Shown: positions 12,405 to 26,372, counted from the stretch's first letter. The stretch is 64,000 nt of DNA from Balanoglossus misakiensis (GCA_040954595.2 CM082579.2:9847625-9911624), one strand, 5' to 3'. The notes: generated by a model from the letters alone, not told the origin. A program made the numbers and translations.

Positions 12405-14291
12405 GAACAAAAATGCACGAGGTTACATTTATGTGGCGAGAATTAAGAAATCTCTCGAAGCCCAATCATTGCTACCTGAATTCACAAATTCTCCAGTTCA
12501 ACAAATACGCCTTTGCCGTTATTTTTAATACCCGTATAAATTCTTCATACATTTTCAGATACCCTTTTTTAAATCATTCAATGTACCAGTAACATGTTGC
12601 CTTATAAATAAACATGTTGTTTTCCGACCAAGAAACCAATTAAAGAGGTAAATTTCAAAGTTAAACATCCGCTGCCGTTATTTTTGGAGTTCCGTTACCG
12701 TTACACAACATTTCTTGGTATCGGAATAAAATATATATGCAAATGAAAGCGTCTAATGCAATAATACCAGTTTTTCGGGGTGGGGTGTGGGGTGAGGGGT
12801 GGGGCTCGGCGTATCCACCGTATCGCTGGGGGCATTTGGCTGTTTACAAAATAAACAGTGGTGGATGGAGTCAAGCCAAGAGTCCCTGAGAAAAACAACT
12901 ACGTGTAGTAGTGCACCCGTGCTTCGGGCCGCCGGTTTTATCCCTCAAAAAATAAAGATTTGGAGATGCCGGGTTTCGAACTCGTCAAAATACGGACATC
13001 ACTCGAATACGACGCGTTATCGACCAAAATTCGTGTAATAACCCCTAATTATTAAAACACCTGCCGCCGTTATCTTTGGAGTTCCTTTACAAAATATTTC
13101 TTGGTATCGTATGCAAATGAAAACTTTTTTTTCGGAACAAAAAATGCACGAGGTTACATTTATGTGGCGAGAATTAAGAAATCTCCCGAAGCCCAATCAT
13201 GAATTCACAAATTCTCCAGTTCAACATATACGCCTTTGCCGTTATTTTTAATACCCGTATAAATTCTTCATAAATTTTCAGATACCCTTTTTTTAAACAT
13301 TCTATGTACCAGTAACATGTTGCCTTATAAATAAACATGTTGTTTTCCGACCAAGAAACCAATTAAAGAGGTAAATTTCAAAGTTAAACATCCGCTGCCG
13401 TTATTTTTGGACTTCCGTTACCGTTACACAACATTTCTTGGTATCTGAATAAAATATATATGTTAATGAAAGCGTCTAATGCAATAATACCAGTTTTTCG
13501 GGGTGGGGTGTGGGGTGAGGGGTGGGGCTCGGCGTATCCACCGTATCGCTGGGGGCATTTCACTAGGGGTATTTGGCTGTTTACAAAATAAACAGTGGTG
13601 GATGGAGTCAAGCCAAGAGTCCCTGAGAAAAACAACTACGTGTAGTAGTGCACCCGTGCTTCGGGCCGCCAGTTTTATCCCTCAAAAAATAAAGATTTGG
13701 AGATGCCGGGTTTCGAACTCGTCAAAATACGGACATCACTCGAATACGACGCGTTATCGACCAAAATTCGTGTAATAACCCCTAATTATTAAAACACCCG
13801 CTGCCGTTATCTTTGGAGTTCCTTTACAAAATATTTCTTGGTATGGTATGCAAATGAAAACGTTTTTTTTTCGGAACAAAAAATGCACGAGGTTACATAT
13901 ATGTGGCGAGAATTAAGAAATCTCTCGAAGCCCAATCATTGCTACCTGAATTCACAAATTCTCCAGTTCAACAAATACGCCTTTGCCGTTATTTTTAATA
14001 CCCGTATAAATTCTTCATAAATTTTCAGATACCCTTTTTTTAAACATTCTATGTACCAGTAACATGTTGCCTTATAAATAAACATGTTGTTTTCCGACCA
14101 AGAAACCAATTAAAGAGGTAAATTTCAAAGTTAAACATCCGCTACCGTTATTTTTGGAGTTCCGTTACCGTTACACAATATTTCTTGGTATCTGAATAAA
14201 ATATATATGCAAATGAAAGCGTCTAATGCAATAATACCAGTTTTTCGGGGTGGGGTGTGGGGTGAGGGGGTGGGGCTCGGCGTATCCACCG
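12405..14291 (+). repeat. Tandem repeat with about 735-bp unit, about 2.5 copies
   Basis: GAACAAAAA(A)TGCACGAGGTTACAT recurs at about 12405, 13135 and 13874; the third unit stops after GGCGTATCCACCG. Confidence 0.9.
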
Positions 14292-15562
14292 TTTTGACGT
14301 TCACAGTATGATCTATTATTATAACACCTGTATTGTACCAAAGAAACACTTGTTGTTTCGATTCAAGTACTGTACTATGTCAAAGTAATAAATCATCTAT
14401 ATTACACAAAAGAAACGGATGCTCAGTTTAGGGTAAATGTTATTTCTAGTCTTTGTTAAAATGTAGCGAAGAGAACAAAATGTGGATGTCACATAGAACA
14501 AAAAACAAAACTTAAAATATATCCAGGTGGTATAGATAGAGACCCTGTAATATCACATGAATTTAATTTTATTTCCTTATTTCCGAGGGTGGGGGGGGGG
14601 GGGTAAAGAAATGATGAAGGCAACTTTCCCCCTTTGATATACTATAATGTCGTTTTGTCAATAAACAATCGAATGTAAATTAATGAATAAACCTCTTGCG
14701 CATTACTCAGGAGATTTTTGTGCGCATGCGTAAATATATGGCAAATCCCTAGTTTGTCAGAGGCTGTGGAACGTGAGGCCCAGTCTACAGGCAAGGCTAG
14801 TCATGCTAGTGTGCTGACATCGTGCATGTATCGCGTGTACTATATATGGATGTCACCTAAAACCAGTCGAAGATCGACGAGCCAAGGAAGAAAAATAAAA
14901 CAACTCAAAGAAATGCATTTATTGAAATCACCTGACGACATTTTGCATCCGAGATGGCGCTCAAGTGGGTGCACCGCCCATAGTGCGAACAATGGAGTTA
15001 CCCAAAGCAAACGTTTGGGACCAGAATTGCATATTTACCCGACCGGTGCAGTACGTACATATTGTGTGTTAATTGACGAGGTTCTGAAAGAACCCCAGAA
15101 ATGGACGGGCGATTCTTCGGGGCATGATCCCAGCACAGCAACATCAAGGAATAACTGGTCAATGAGAATGAGACAAAGACAGGAGAGAGAGAGAGAGAGA
15201 GAGAGAGACATACATACAGACAGAGAGACAGACAGGCAGAGAGAAAGACAAAAAAACCTCGTCGATCAAAATCGTAAGAAGAAACACAAGAAAGATAAGG
15301 ATTTATACAATTACTCGTGTAAATACGCCATATCTATTTTACACACTTTCTAACAAACCTATCGTCAAACTACCTGACATTGTCATGAGTTACACAACCA
15401 TCATAGTAACCTACATTATAGTATTTAACCAGTTAGATCGATGTTTACGCCCTCTTGAAGCCAGATGGACACAATTTCCAACTTTATAACGCAGTATATA
15501 AATATTGAACGCTTGTCGGCAACGCCAAATACATTCTACTTTCACAACAGCAGGAAACTTAC

Positions 15563-17090
15563 GTTATCTGTGTACGCATCGCAAACTTCTATGATTCTAC
15601 GACTGCAGTCCGAAACATTGCCGCACACCGTGTGTAAGGGAGACACAAAATCAAAATGTATGAAGATGGTCGTGTCTTCATTACTTTCACGGTAGTACAC
15701 TGGGTCATTTATTGTGACGATGTTCCCGTGATCAAAATTGTTCAGTTACATAAACCCGCCGTATTTGGTTTGCAACTTCATCGACAATCTGCAAAGTAAC
15801 AAACGTGGGCTGTCCCATCATACGCCGTCGACCTATTAAGGTGGCACTGCATGAAACCGTCGAGACTTTTTCAGAGGCCTATTTCTCATCAAAGAAAAAG
15901 TTAAAACCCCCATAAACCATATATATTCTGGAAGCTGAGATTTTGAACTTTTGTTTGAGTTGCAAATATTATTGATCCCCGGAAATGGTGGCGATTTTGG
16001 GTGAAAAAAAACATTTTTTTGATATTATGTCATGAAATTTAAAATAGGTAAAAAAGTTGACCATGCATCATGCATCTTAATATGTCATTCAAAACTAGAG
16101 TACACGTGCAAAAAAATGGTAATTTTGTTTTGCGTTATCTGCTTCCATTGAGGAGTAACAGCGTTTAAAAGTTAGATTTTCAGAAAATTTGATCAAATTC
16201 ACGGTGAGTTGTATTGAATCAGAGTTTATTCCCGCCAGGGACACTTTATCGACAAACAAAACTAGCGTTTTGTTGGATGGGTCATACACAATTCCCTGTC
16301 AAAATTTGAGCAAATTCGGCCAACGCAGGGCGAAGCTATTTTAGTCCGAAGTTGTCAAGAGCAGCGAAAATGCAAACTGAGAAAAACGGCTATTTGCATT
16401 GTTGACACCTATTTGTTAAGCTGTGAACTCATTCAGAAAAGTGCTATTTTGGGGTGATTATGCACCATTTCCGCCAAGACGTATTAGTCAGGTTGTGGGT
16501 CAGTATTAGGCCTACCGATTTATGTAAAAAAGTAAAATTTGGCAAAAATCACAACTTTTCATGCAATGCCACCTTAATTCATTGTGTGGATACTTCGTTT
16601 TTTTTCAAATACTCGTGTGCAGCACTCAACGTCTAAATATCAGTATAGTTTATTGGTGCAATTGTTGCAATAAACAACAATTGATCGTTCGCTCTTATGT
16701 GGTCCAATAGAAATGATACACTTGACAAGAAAATTCTTCTGTAGTAACGACTTTTTAACGTACGTGTCGTTGTGGCGGACGTCTACACTAAGGTCGATGA
16801 CATGACGACATGGTCTGTTGGACAAATCCCTCGCTGGTATATTTATGACGCCAGTTTCGCCTGATAAGCAAGTACTTGTTCCGTTGGCAAGATGATTGTT
16901 ATCTGGGGTATAAGGAACGACAAACAACATAAATGTTGTTGGACCAATAGATGCCTTTCTTTAAAAAGAAGTAATGCACTATTTGTTTTACTTTGACCCA
17001 GCACATTACAATTGGAAAGTAATTTATAGAGAGTTAATTCATTATGCCTAGGCAAACTGAAATCATTTGTATAGTTATACGCGCTCAGCA
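15563..17090 (-). pseudogene. Degenerate exon remnants of an extracellular-protein gene (also in copy 2 at about 30321-31109)
   Basis: An exon ending ...VDVRHNDT (donor at 16763) splices in phase 2 to exon 15788-15563 (LSMKLQTKYGGFM*LNNFDHG...FDFVSPLH...), which has an in-frame TAA at 15748-15746. The upstream exon appears frameshifted. The family assignment is from memory only. Confidence 0.45.
15840..16573. mobile_element. Non-autonomous Kolobok-type DNA transposon (734 bp)
   Basis: 17-bp TIRs GGTGGCA(C/T)TGCATGAAA with 1 mismatch and a TTAA on both sides. The empty site CTATTAATTC is seen in copy 2 at about 30601-30610. RR..YY termini with a TTAA TSD fit Kolobok rather than piggyBac. Confidence 0.85.
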
Positions 17091-17603
17091 TTCATGACCT
17101 CCCCATGAAGTGCACATAAATCTACACGCATGGTATTTACACCTGGCAGGCCAGAGCACAGCCTGTTCTATAAATAGTTGCGTTGTGGTTAGAGATACAG
17201 CAACCGTGGCCAATTAATCATTGTGAATGTCAACACTGTCGCCCTCTGCCGTTCGTTTGTCCGTCCGTCCATCAACAATTCACTTCTTCTCAAAAACTTC
17301 TGGTCATACAATTTTGTAAAACGGTTTATAGTTCACTGGGGATAATCTTACAGTATTCATATTCGTTCGAATCTTATTGTATCATTTTGGGGGCAACATT
17401 TGTCAGTTTTTGTCAAAATCGTCTTCTCGTAATCCACATGTCCTATTGCTTTAATATTTGCTATGCAGTAGACTTGCTCCAAGTCTAAGGGCTTCATTAT
17501 TTTATAATAAATACATTTAAAAAACTTGTTCCGAATTTCTCTATGTACCGTGTGTGGAGTAAACGTCAGCGTGTGTGCGCGTGTATGTATGTGTAGGGAT
17601 TGT

Positions 17604-17786
17604 ACTAGTCGCTTGGTCGACGCTACCCGACACCACAAGCTCAGTCGCAAATTCGAAACTCGCCTCACTACCAAAAACACGCTAAAGGCAAGCATGCACG
17701 CAAAAAGTATTGAAATTATTTATTAAGACAAAAAACCACCGAAAACACAAAAAGTATTGAGATTTAAAAATCACCAAGCGACTAGT
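17604..17786. mobile_element. Short MITE-like element (copy at about 31622-31804)
   Basis: 14-bp perfect inverted termini ACTAGTCGCTTGGT...ACCAAGCGACTAGT; no clear TSD. Confidence 0.5.
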
Positions 17787-18390
17787 GGGCTAGTCTAGCT
17801 ATGCAGGTAAACCGATTTGAAATTTGGCGTGCAGGTCCCTCGGGTGTCCTAAGTTACTTGTTTTTGGAATTGTGACGAAATCTGCTAACCATAAGCTTAT
17901 ACAAGTAAAATTAGCGTGAAGTGTAAACTATTTAAAATACGTAGCCTAATTCAACACATATTGCATAACAGGAGCAACAAATATCACAGAATATGTGTTT
18001 CATTATTTGAAAACCATCAACCTCTTCAGTACTGTCCAGAAAGAATGGGGGTATAGGGTTGTGAGCTCCTTCTTTTATCTTTAACAATGCACGCCATCTC
18101 AGGAATAAGCATCGATGACGATATACATGTACCACCTTCTGAGGAATCAGGACCTTACCTGGATGGGCTATCACATTTTGTTCTCCGAGTTTCCCTCTGC
18201 CATTTCTCCCAGGAGAATTTTTGTCATGTGTTCGAAATCCATCAAAGTTAGCACTTCCAAAATGGGCGTAATTAACGATTTTGTATAGCCCTGTAAGGCA
18301 AACATGATCACGGTCACGACTTTACACAACGACTTTGCCCATGTCAAATGTTACGGGACTTGACTTCAACTACTGTATTTTTTTTATTTG

Positions 18391-18598
<208 letters not shown>

Positions 18599-19881
18599 TC
18601 TTGCGTTGTGATGTTAGGCTAATAATATGACCCATGATATTTGATCGTAGAAAGGTCGGCACAAATACCTTCCTGATTTAAGTTTCTGTGGAGCTGAGTT
18701 CGATGGAAGTCAAAGTGTGGGTTCGACTTGATACCAATCGCCGTTTGTTTCCATGCTTTGACAAACACTTCTTCGCTCCCAAACTTTCCAAGGCTCTCAA
18801 AGAAGTTGAAAACAATGTGCCACTTCGCAGACATGGCCTCTTTATGTTACAGTGTCTGCAAAAAAATTTTATATGCTGGCAGTTTGATGCAGAGCTGTTT
18901 CTTGTGGCATGGACTGGACACTCAGTAAACACAACTTATTCAGTGATCACCGAGAAGTTGACTTTATTCTGTATGCTTAGGTGGTTGTGCGTGCTGTACT
19001 GTATTGTTCTCTGTTTGTCTTTGCGACTGAACATCTTAAACGTGCGACTTTTGACCTATGAACTTTGGAATCAAGAGGATTGGGTATGGTTGCAACTTGA
19101 CCTCTTTAAAGCATGAACTCATTTCCATGTTTTTGCAGTCAGTACTTGAAGTAACTGCGGCTAGTTGGTTGTAATGGGCCTCGACCAGTGTCAAATGACT
19201 TGACGACGTTTTCTGGTTACACCATTTTTAGTCGATGCTTCATCAACTACTAGTAACAAAACTGCCTGTGGCAGCGGTCGGTATTTCTGTCGTTGCTTCT
19301 GAAGTAAGTATACAGCGTTTGTAAATACCAAAAAATGGCAACGAGTGTCCCTGCCCTATCTCAATAAAACCGGATTGCTCAAAATGATGTCGGACGATTA
19401 TGACGTAATCCCCTTGAACACCACAGTGTGACAGTAACATTTTAACATTTTTCACCCATTTTCGGGAATTGGGAAATAATTGTCCATTGTCTTCATGTCT
19501 AAATCAACACTCGAGAAATAATGTGGAAAAAGTAATTACGGTTTACTTTTGAAAGATGTGCTAAAGCGTTGAACAGGTTAAAAGCCTGGAAGCAAGGGCA
19601 CTTACCACGATCGGTGCCCTGGTGTAACGGTTCTGTAGGACGAACGCTTCCCACAAGTAGGGCTCCTCAGCTTATTCGTTAATTTTACTACCGGGTTCCC
19701 CATGCATAAAGGAAGTGCCTGATTGGCCAAAAGTGATCTCTATCAGGATACGCACAGCGATGCAAGGTTATCAGTTATATGTTCTCCGACAGAGAGTGAG
19801 TGAGTGAGAAAGCGAGACAGCGTGAGAGAGAGACAGCGTGAGAGAAAGAGAGAGAGAGATTACGAGAGAGAGAGTGAGAGC

Positions 19882-19958
<77 letters not shown>

Positions 19959-20838
19959 AGTGAGAGTGAGAAAGAGATTAAGAGAGTGAGAAGAGAGAGA
20001 GAGAAATCGGAAAGGCATATCATAGTGGCTAATGTTATTCGCTCCACCGATGCTGTGAGCCACCAGATATTAAACAGTTTTAGTCGACTGATGTTGTGTC
20101 CTGTACGTTGTAAATGTATGCTTGACCACGTTTAGGGAATTTTATGATATTCTGGGTACTGACTGTACAAGTCAAGTATTGTAGCACATCATTTTACGCC
20201 TAGTATTAAAATATTGTAAAGAAACAGCAACCAGTTGCAATCTCGAAAATATGCCGAAGAGATTTGGCGGTTGTTGGCCTGCATCAAGAATGTATAAAAA
20301 AAACCTCTAACATCCTTTCTGCGCGACGCATATTACATCAGTTTGATTTGATTTCCTTATTTCCGAGGAGGAGAATGAAAAGAGTAGCGTGCCGATCCCC
20401 CCCCCCCACCCCGTTGATATAATGTCCAACATCCTCAAAACGTTTAAAAGTGATAAATTCGCAATTTCCGATTATGTCACTTCTCCGTATTCGAAAGATA
20501 TCCAACCTGGTCAATCTCTAGAAATTAAGGTTATACGAACCAAATGAATGAAAGCAATGACAACATACCAGTGCCATAACCAATTATGTTTATTCCCGAA
20601 AGATAATAACAACACCAACGATAACTGCAAGAGACTGGCCCATGCAGGCGTGATGTTTAAAATACTATTCACTACGAGGAGAATCGAAAGTCAAAAATTG
20701 AAATCAATTGCCACTTTTCCGTGCATGCATGTGGCAGTGTTACCGCGAATGATGCCTATCTTCCCTGTTGAGTTTCAGTGAACGCTGATTTGGGGTCCAC
20801 AGTCATCACAGTCGGTTCCATTGTAATGGCACGTATTC

Positions 20839-23800
20839 TCAATCTAAACGAAAGAAAATTTTAATATTATGGTGCGTTACCCCGAATCGTTCTTTACTAC
20901 ATCAAATTAAACATTATATAGTCTGTATATCTGTCTGTCAATGTATGTATGTATGTATGTATGTATGTATGTATGTATGTATGTATGTATGTATGTATGT
21001 ATGTATGTATGTATGTATGTATGTATGTATGTATGTATGTATGTATGTATGTATGTATGTATGTATGTATGTATGTATGTATGTATGTATGTATGTATGT
21101 ATGTATGTATGTATGTATGTATGTATGTGTGTATGTATGGCAAGTGCGTAGTACATGTGCATTTAATACTAAGAATTAACTTCATTTACCCAGATGCAAT
21201 ACGCTGTAAACACTTCTACTAATGTTGGATATTTTTCTCCATATGGCATATTAAATAATAAAATGTTTTCACAGTAAAATTCTACTCACTTCTATAGTCA
21301 ACGCATTGAGAGCAAAAACAGTGGTTTCCAGTGTTGCCGCACCAGCCAGAAGCTGAACAACAAGGATAGCCATTATCCGGGTCACATTCTGCTGGAGTGC
21401 CGTCAGGAAGGGGGTAGGTAGATCCACATCTTCCATCGTCTCGCCATTGTTTGTCTTCTACTGCATATTCAGATTGTGGACAAATAAATGAGAAATGTTT
21501 ACAAATACTTTTTAGTACAATAGACTGAAATATTCAGTCGTTAGCGGGCGCTCTGCTGTCTCCGCAACATCCGGTCCGCGGTTGGGTGGTCATGGAGCGC
21601 CCGAACGCATGCACACCGATGAAAATTTAAGCAATAATTTCCCGCCGAGTATAGATTAAAGTAAAATGCTACTCACTTCTATAGTCAACGCATTGAGAGC
21701 ATGAACAGTGGTTTGCAGTGTTGCCGCACCAGCCAAAAGCTGAACAACAATGATAGCCATTACCAGGGTCACATTCTGCTGGAGTGCCGTCAGGAAGGGG
21801 GTAGGAAGGTCCACATCTTCCATCGTCTCGCCATTTTTTGCCTTCTACTACATATTCAGATTGTGGACAAATAAACAAGAAATGTTTACAAATACAATAG
21901 ACTGAAATATTCAGTCGTTACCGGGCGCTCTGCTGTCTCCGCAACATCCGGTCAGTTGGGGGTGGTCATGGAGCGCCCTAACGCATGCATGCACACCGAT
22001 GGATATTTTAGCAATTATCACATGCATAGTTCTGCAATAATCTCCCGCCGAGGGCAGTTATACAACGAGATATAGAACAATTTAAGAAATTTGTGCATAT
22101 ATGGAGTGACTGGTGCTATATCCAGTGGTATACCCACCTATACGCGGGGTTGATTGCTATTACATTATATGAACTTCAGATTGTTATTTTCTAGACATTA
22201 GCATAAATAAGAATGGTGTTTCTCGCAACAGTGGTTAAATAAACTTAAAAAGGGTGCATTGAAACAAATGTGTATCTCCTCACCATTGGCGGGAATATTC
22301 AGGAGTTTATTCGGTGTTGAGGAACTGTCAGACAAACGGGACAGGTCTATTTTTCCTGTTTGGGCAGCGTCCAACAACTTGTTTAACATCGTCGATTGTG
22401 TAAGGGATGGATCCGCTTGAAGCAACAGGGCGGCAACACCTTGAGGAAATAGAGAGAAATTTATTACGGGAACAGGCACTGTCGACATCATTGGGAATGA
22501 ACAGATGACTGCAAGATTTTATTCTGATTTAGCTTTACATAGATTTGCTTAGAGCGTGCCCTCAGAATACATCAAGACCTCAGAGTACATAAAGGCACTC
22601 TTACCAGCAACATGGGGAGTTGCCATCGATGTTCCACTCATAGTGATGTAGCCGTCGTCCCAATTGTGGGAAGCACTTCTGACGCCACTTCCGGGTGCCA
22701 GAATATTGACGCAGCTGCCGTAATTAGAGTACCCAGCTAAACCATCATTGGATTCGGTAGCTCCCACCGTAATTGCCTGTAACATACAGAAACAGTAGCC
22801 ATCTACCAGTCAGTAGTGCTTTAGTCTGGCCATGTACGACACACAGTGGAAGTTAAATATGGACAATGGACGTGGGCAGGATATTTTCAGAAACAAATAC
22901 ATGTCACATACAGTGGAGCGACAGGTATAATTTTAACCGTCGCTATGGATACTTCACGGTGAAATCAAAATAAGAACTCAGCATTTGGTGGAGACTTTGC
23001 TGAGCTAAATACGAACAGATACAGCTACACACAGGGGCGTTAACATCTCCATTTTATTCATTTCTAAGATGGCACGTATATTCATGGTGATCGTATGTCA
23101 CCTTTCTGCTTTCAGTCATGCCTCAATATGTTTCAAATGTTTTTGCAATACTTCAAATGTAATACGCTACCTCAGGAGCCGAAGCAGGTGACACCACGCA
23201 TGCGTCTCTATTTTCGTTTCCAGCAGCAACAATCACGATGTACCCAGCATCGGTTAAACGTTTGACTGCCAAATTCTGAGCTGAGGAATATCCACCGCCC
23301 AGCGACATGGAGACCACTGCTGGTTTCATTTCGGAAGCAGCGACTGCATCCATACCTGAAAGGATAAATCACGAAAACCTTGATGCTGTGGGCGTCTATG
23401 AAGGAGATTTATTTTAGTTTGAAACAATTTTGTACGGATTTCACGCTAAATTTTTCGTTCACCTTGTATAAAAACAACGATAATTACAATGTTTCTTTTT
23501 GTCAATTATTTGATGTAATAATTATAAAACTAGTTACGTTGACTCAGTCTTACCTGCAATAACGCCGCTGGTTGACCCACTACCAGAGCAACTCAAAACA
23601 CGACCCGCATACAATGTAACACCAGGTGCAACACCAACAGTGCTCCCACCGATAGTACCAGCACAGTGAGTACCGTGTCCTTGACAGTCGTTCCCCTGAA
23701 CAACACGTAATATATCCAGAAATATTTGTTATTGCATATATCTCAAATTAGAACGTAAAACCGAAAAAGTGTATTGTCTCCCAAACGCAACAGGGATCAA

Positions 23801-25830
23801 AGGTGATAGTATTTTTAAAACAGGTGAACTTTTCCATTCCCTTTTCATACAGACGCACAATTACAACTATTTCAAGATTTTTCAGATATCCAGAAATATC
23901 GAATTATTAAAATGATTTCTTTGAAACTGCAGTGACAATTTTGCGAGTTACTTGCAGTTTTGCAGAACAAAATATAACATTTATACTCTAAAAAGTGATC
24001 AAATGAAACGGGGTATATTCAAGACCTTATTCTAATAAAACAAAATGCATGCAACAATGTCAGTTGTGAGTTTGTCATAGAAATGTGTTTCTCACAACAA
24101 ACACACTACGTAGTACGACAGAAGAACCTTGGAAACATTGTCATTTGATTCTATACTTCTCAAACAATGGCGTCTTTATGATGCAACTTACATTTTGTCC
24201 GTCTAGAAAGGCGTCAAAAAAAGGAAGGGCTCTACCACCAAACTCGTTATGTGAGTAACGTATGCCAGTATCCAATACAAAGACATTCACGCCACTACCA
24301 TCCCCTTTAAATAAACAAATAAATAATATTAAGTTATTGCGATCGCATTTTCTTTTGTAAATTACAGCTATGCAAATAAACCATTTTGTTAAACATACAC
24401 TCAACTAAAGCTGGCGAAGTCAAACTCTCAAGTGATAAGTGATTCAAAAAAGAGTTGTGCGTATTGTTAACGATTACTGGGCACTTAACATTGGGGTATA
24501 TTACTTGAGGAAGATCGATCATTCTATTAGATAAAACAATTCCGATGTCAAATATTTCAAAAATGAGTGTAAAGTGTATATCAAGAAATGTGCAGGTTTA
24601 CCTAGTGGTGATGATGAATAAAAACTATCCAAAGGCAGGTCAGCCTGATTAATCCTATCCAAACCCCATTCTACATTTCCATGGACAACTTCGTCTTCTT
24701 CAACAAACTCTACCTCGTCCAGCCAACGCAGCTAAATGAAAACAGAATGATACTAATTACTACAAGGAACGAAAATACATGCATTCATTCATTCATTCAT
24801 TCATTCATTCATTCATTCATTCATTCATTCATTCATTCATTCATTCATACATACATACATACATACATACATACATACATACATACATACATACATACAT
24901 ACATACATACATACATACATACATACATACATACATACATACATACATACATACATACGTGGCTGTAGGAATTAATGATAACAAAATGCACACATACTAT
25001 ATCAACTGCTCCACTGGGAATTCTGGCGACGAATCCTTTCATCAGTTTTGTCACATTTATTTGAAAATCAATGTGCCAGCCATGCTCTTCACAAAGTGCT
25101 TGAAATTTGTCTTCGAGTTCGGCTAATTCTTCATCGGTAAGGTCGTCCTGAATGAAATGAGATAATGTGTATTGATTGTGCGAAGTGGTTGCAAATTCAG
25201 TGATAAGTGTAGTAAGTCGCTAATTGTTCATTCGACTTGGATTTATAGGCCCATCCTTGACTCACAGAACCTCTCGTTGCCTGCGCAGACATATTGTCGG
25301 ATTGAACGATTGGTCTTAATGGCCGAGTGAAACCTGGCCTGCGAGTCTGCACAACACCATATGGCGAATCTCCTAGCGACGGAGGCTCATCATTGTGCAA
25401 CATGTCAAGAGCCTTGTACCGAACCGTATATAGGCTGTGGGAGAACTAAGGCCCATCCATACCTGTAGAAGTGAATAATTCTGTAGAAATATATAGAGAA
25501 TGTTTTGTCTGTGTACGACATTGCTTATCTGGAAACATAGGGTCAGCTGTGAACATGCGACCCTTTTAACAAAGCAAATTGAATTCGGAGACGTGTGTGT
25601 TCACCAGAACTTCTACCCACCCTTAGTTTTACAATGTATTCCTCTTCTATCTTCTCGTCTCCAGCGTGGATCAGTGGAGCTTGATGTTCACGTTTGACGA
25701 AGCTTGGACGCAGTGCACGGATTCTTCGCTCTTCCTCAATCTCCCTCTTGTTTGTGCTGGCAGCTGTGATCTGCACCACAAGTAATGCTAACATGCAGAA
25801 CCAGATCGCCGCGGTGTGCGATGTGACCAT
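20839..25830 (-). CDS. Secreted S8A subtilisin-like protease with two hevein-like modules, copy 2
   Basis: Same exon structure as copy 1, ATG at 25830, catalytic triad motifs intact. Hevein exons at 21847-21677 and 21460-21290. The last-exon acceptor is altered, so the 3' end is uncertain (predicted ...YRN-stop at 20839). Confidence 0.88.
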
Positions 25831-26372
25831 GATCGCCTGAAATACAATAATGTCACATAAAATCTTATAAAAAACGTATTTTGAAGACAGACAGACATAC
25901 TGCAATATGAATTAATGTACTTTCTGAAATTTAAGAGCATTCAAAGAGAGAACAAATTATTCGGAAAATGTTATTTCTGTAATCAAATTTCTACAGATCT
26001 TATCGACAAGGTCCTTCTGTGCACAACCACTGTAAAATACATTCTAGGCTTGCTGCAGATTTTACTCTTTATGTCACAAGTTTGTAAGCAGTTACATTGT
26101 TTGGTACATTGCACGATTGTGTAGTAATATACACGTGTACAAATAACCTTACCGAATGCTTGTATCAGGCAGATGGTGGGAGTTGAAAAAGAAACTTTGT
26201 CGACGTTCAAAATTTGGTTATTTTTTTTTCAAAAGTGTGGCATAATTGTACAAAAGTCTTCGCTCAATTATCGCATTATTACAGTGAATGTTGTTCCACA
26301 CTCATGTTGAATTTACTTCCACAGTTGTGTGAGACTAGTTCTACCGAATAGTGTAAGCTTCAAGAAACATAC

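Larger units (their letters stand above)
3552..17944 (+). repeat. Segmental duplication, copy 1 (B)
   Basis: Alignable to 19172-31962 from TAATGGGCCTCGACCAGTG to TTTAAAATACGTAG. Long tracts are identical; differences are microsatellite lengths, a 734-bp insertion and one extra tandem-repeat unit. Confidence 0.95.

Noticed and set aside
12405-14291. CRISPR-like or coding interpretation of the long tandem repeat
   Set aside because: Eukaryotic context, 735-bp units without unique spacers, and only short inconsistent ORFs.
14718-15353. 211-aa plus-strand ORF (193 aa in copy 2)
   Set aside because: No recognisable domain; it runs through a GA microsatellite and changes frame between the copies.
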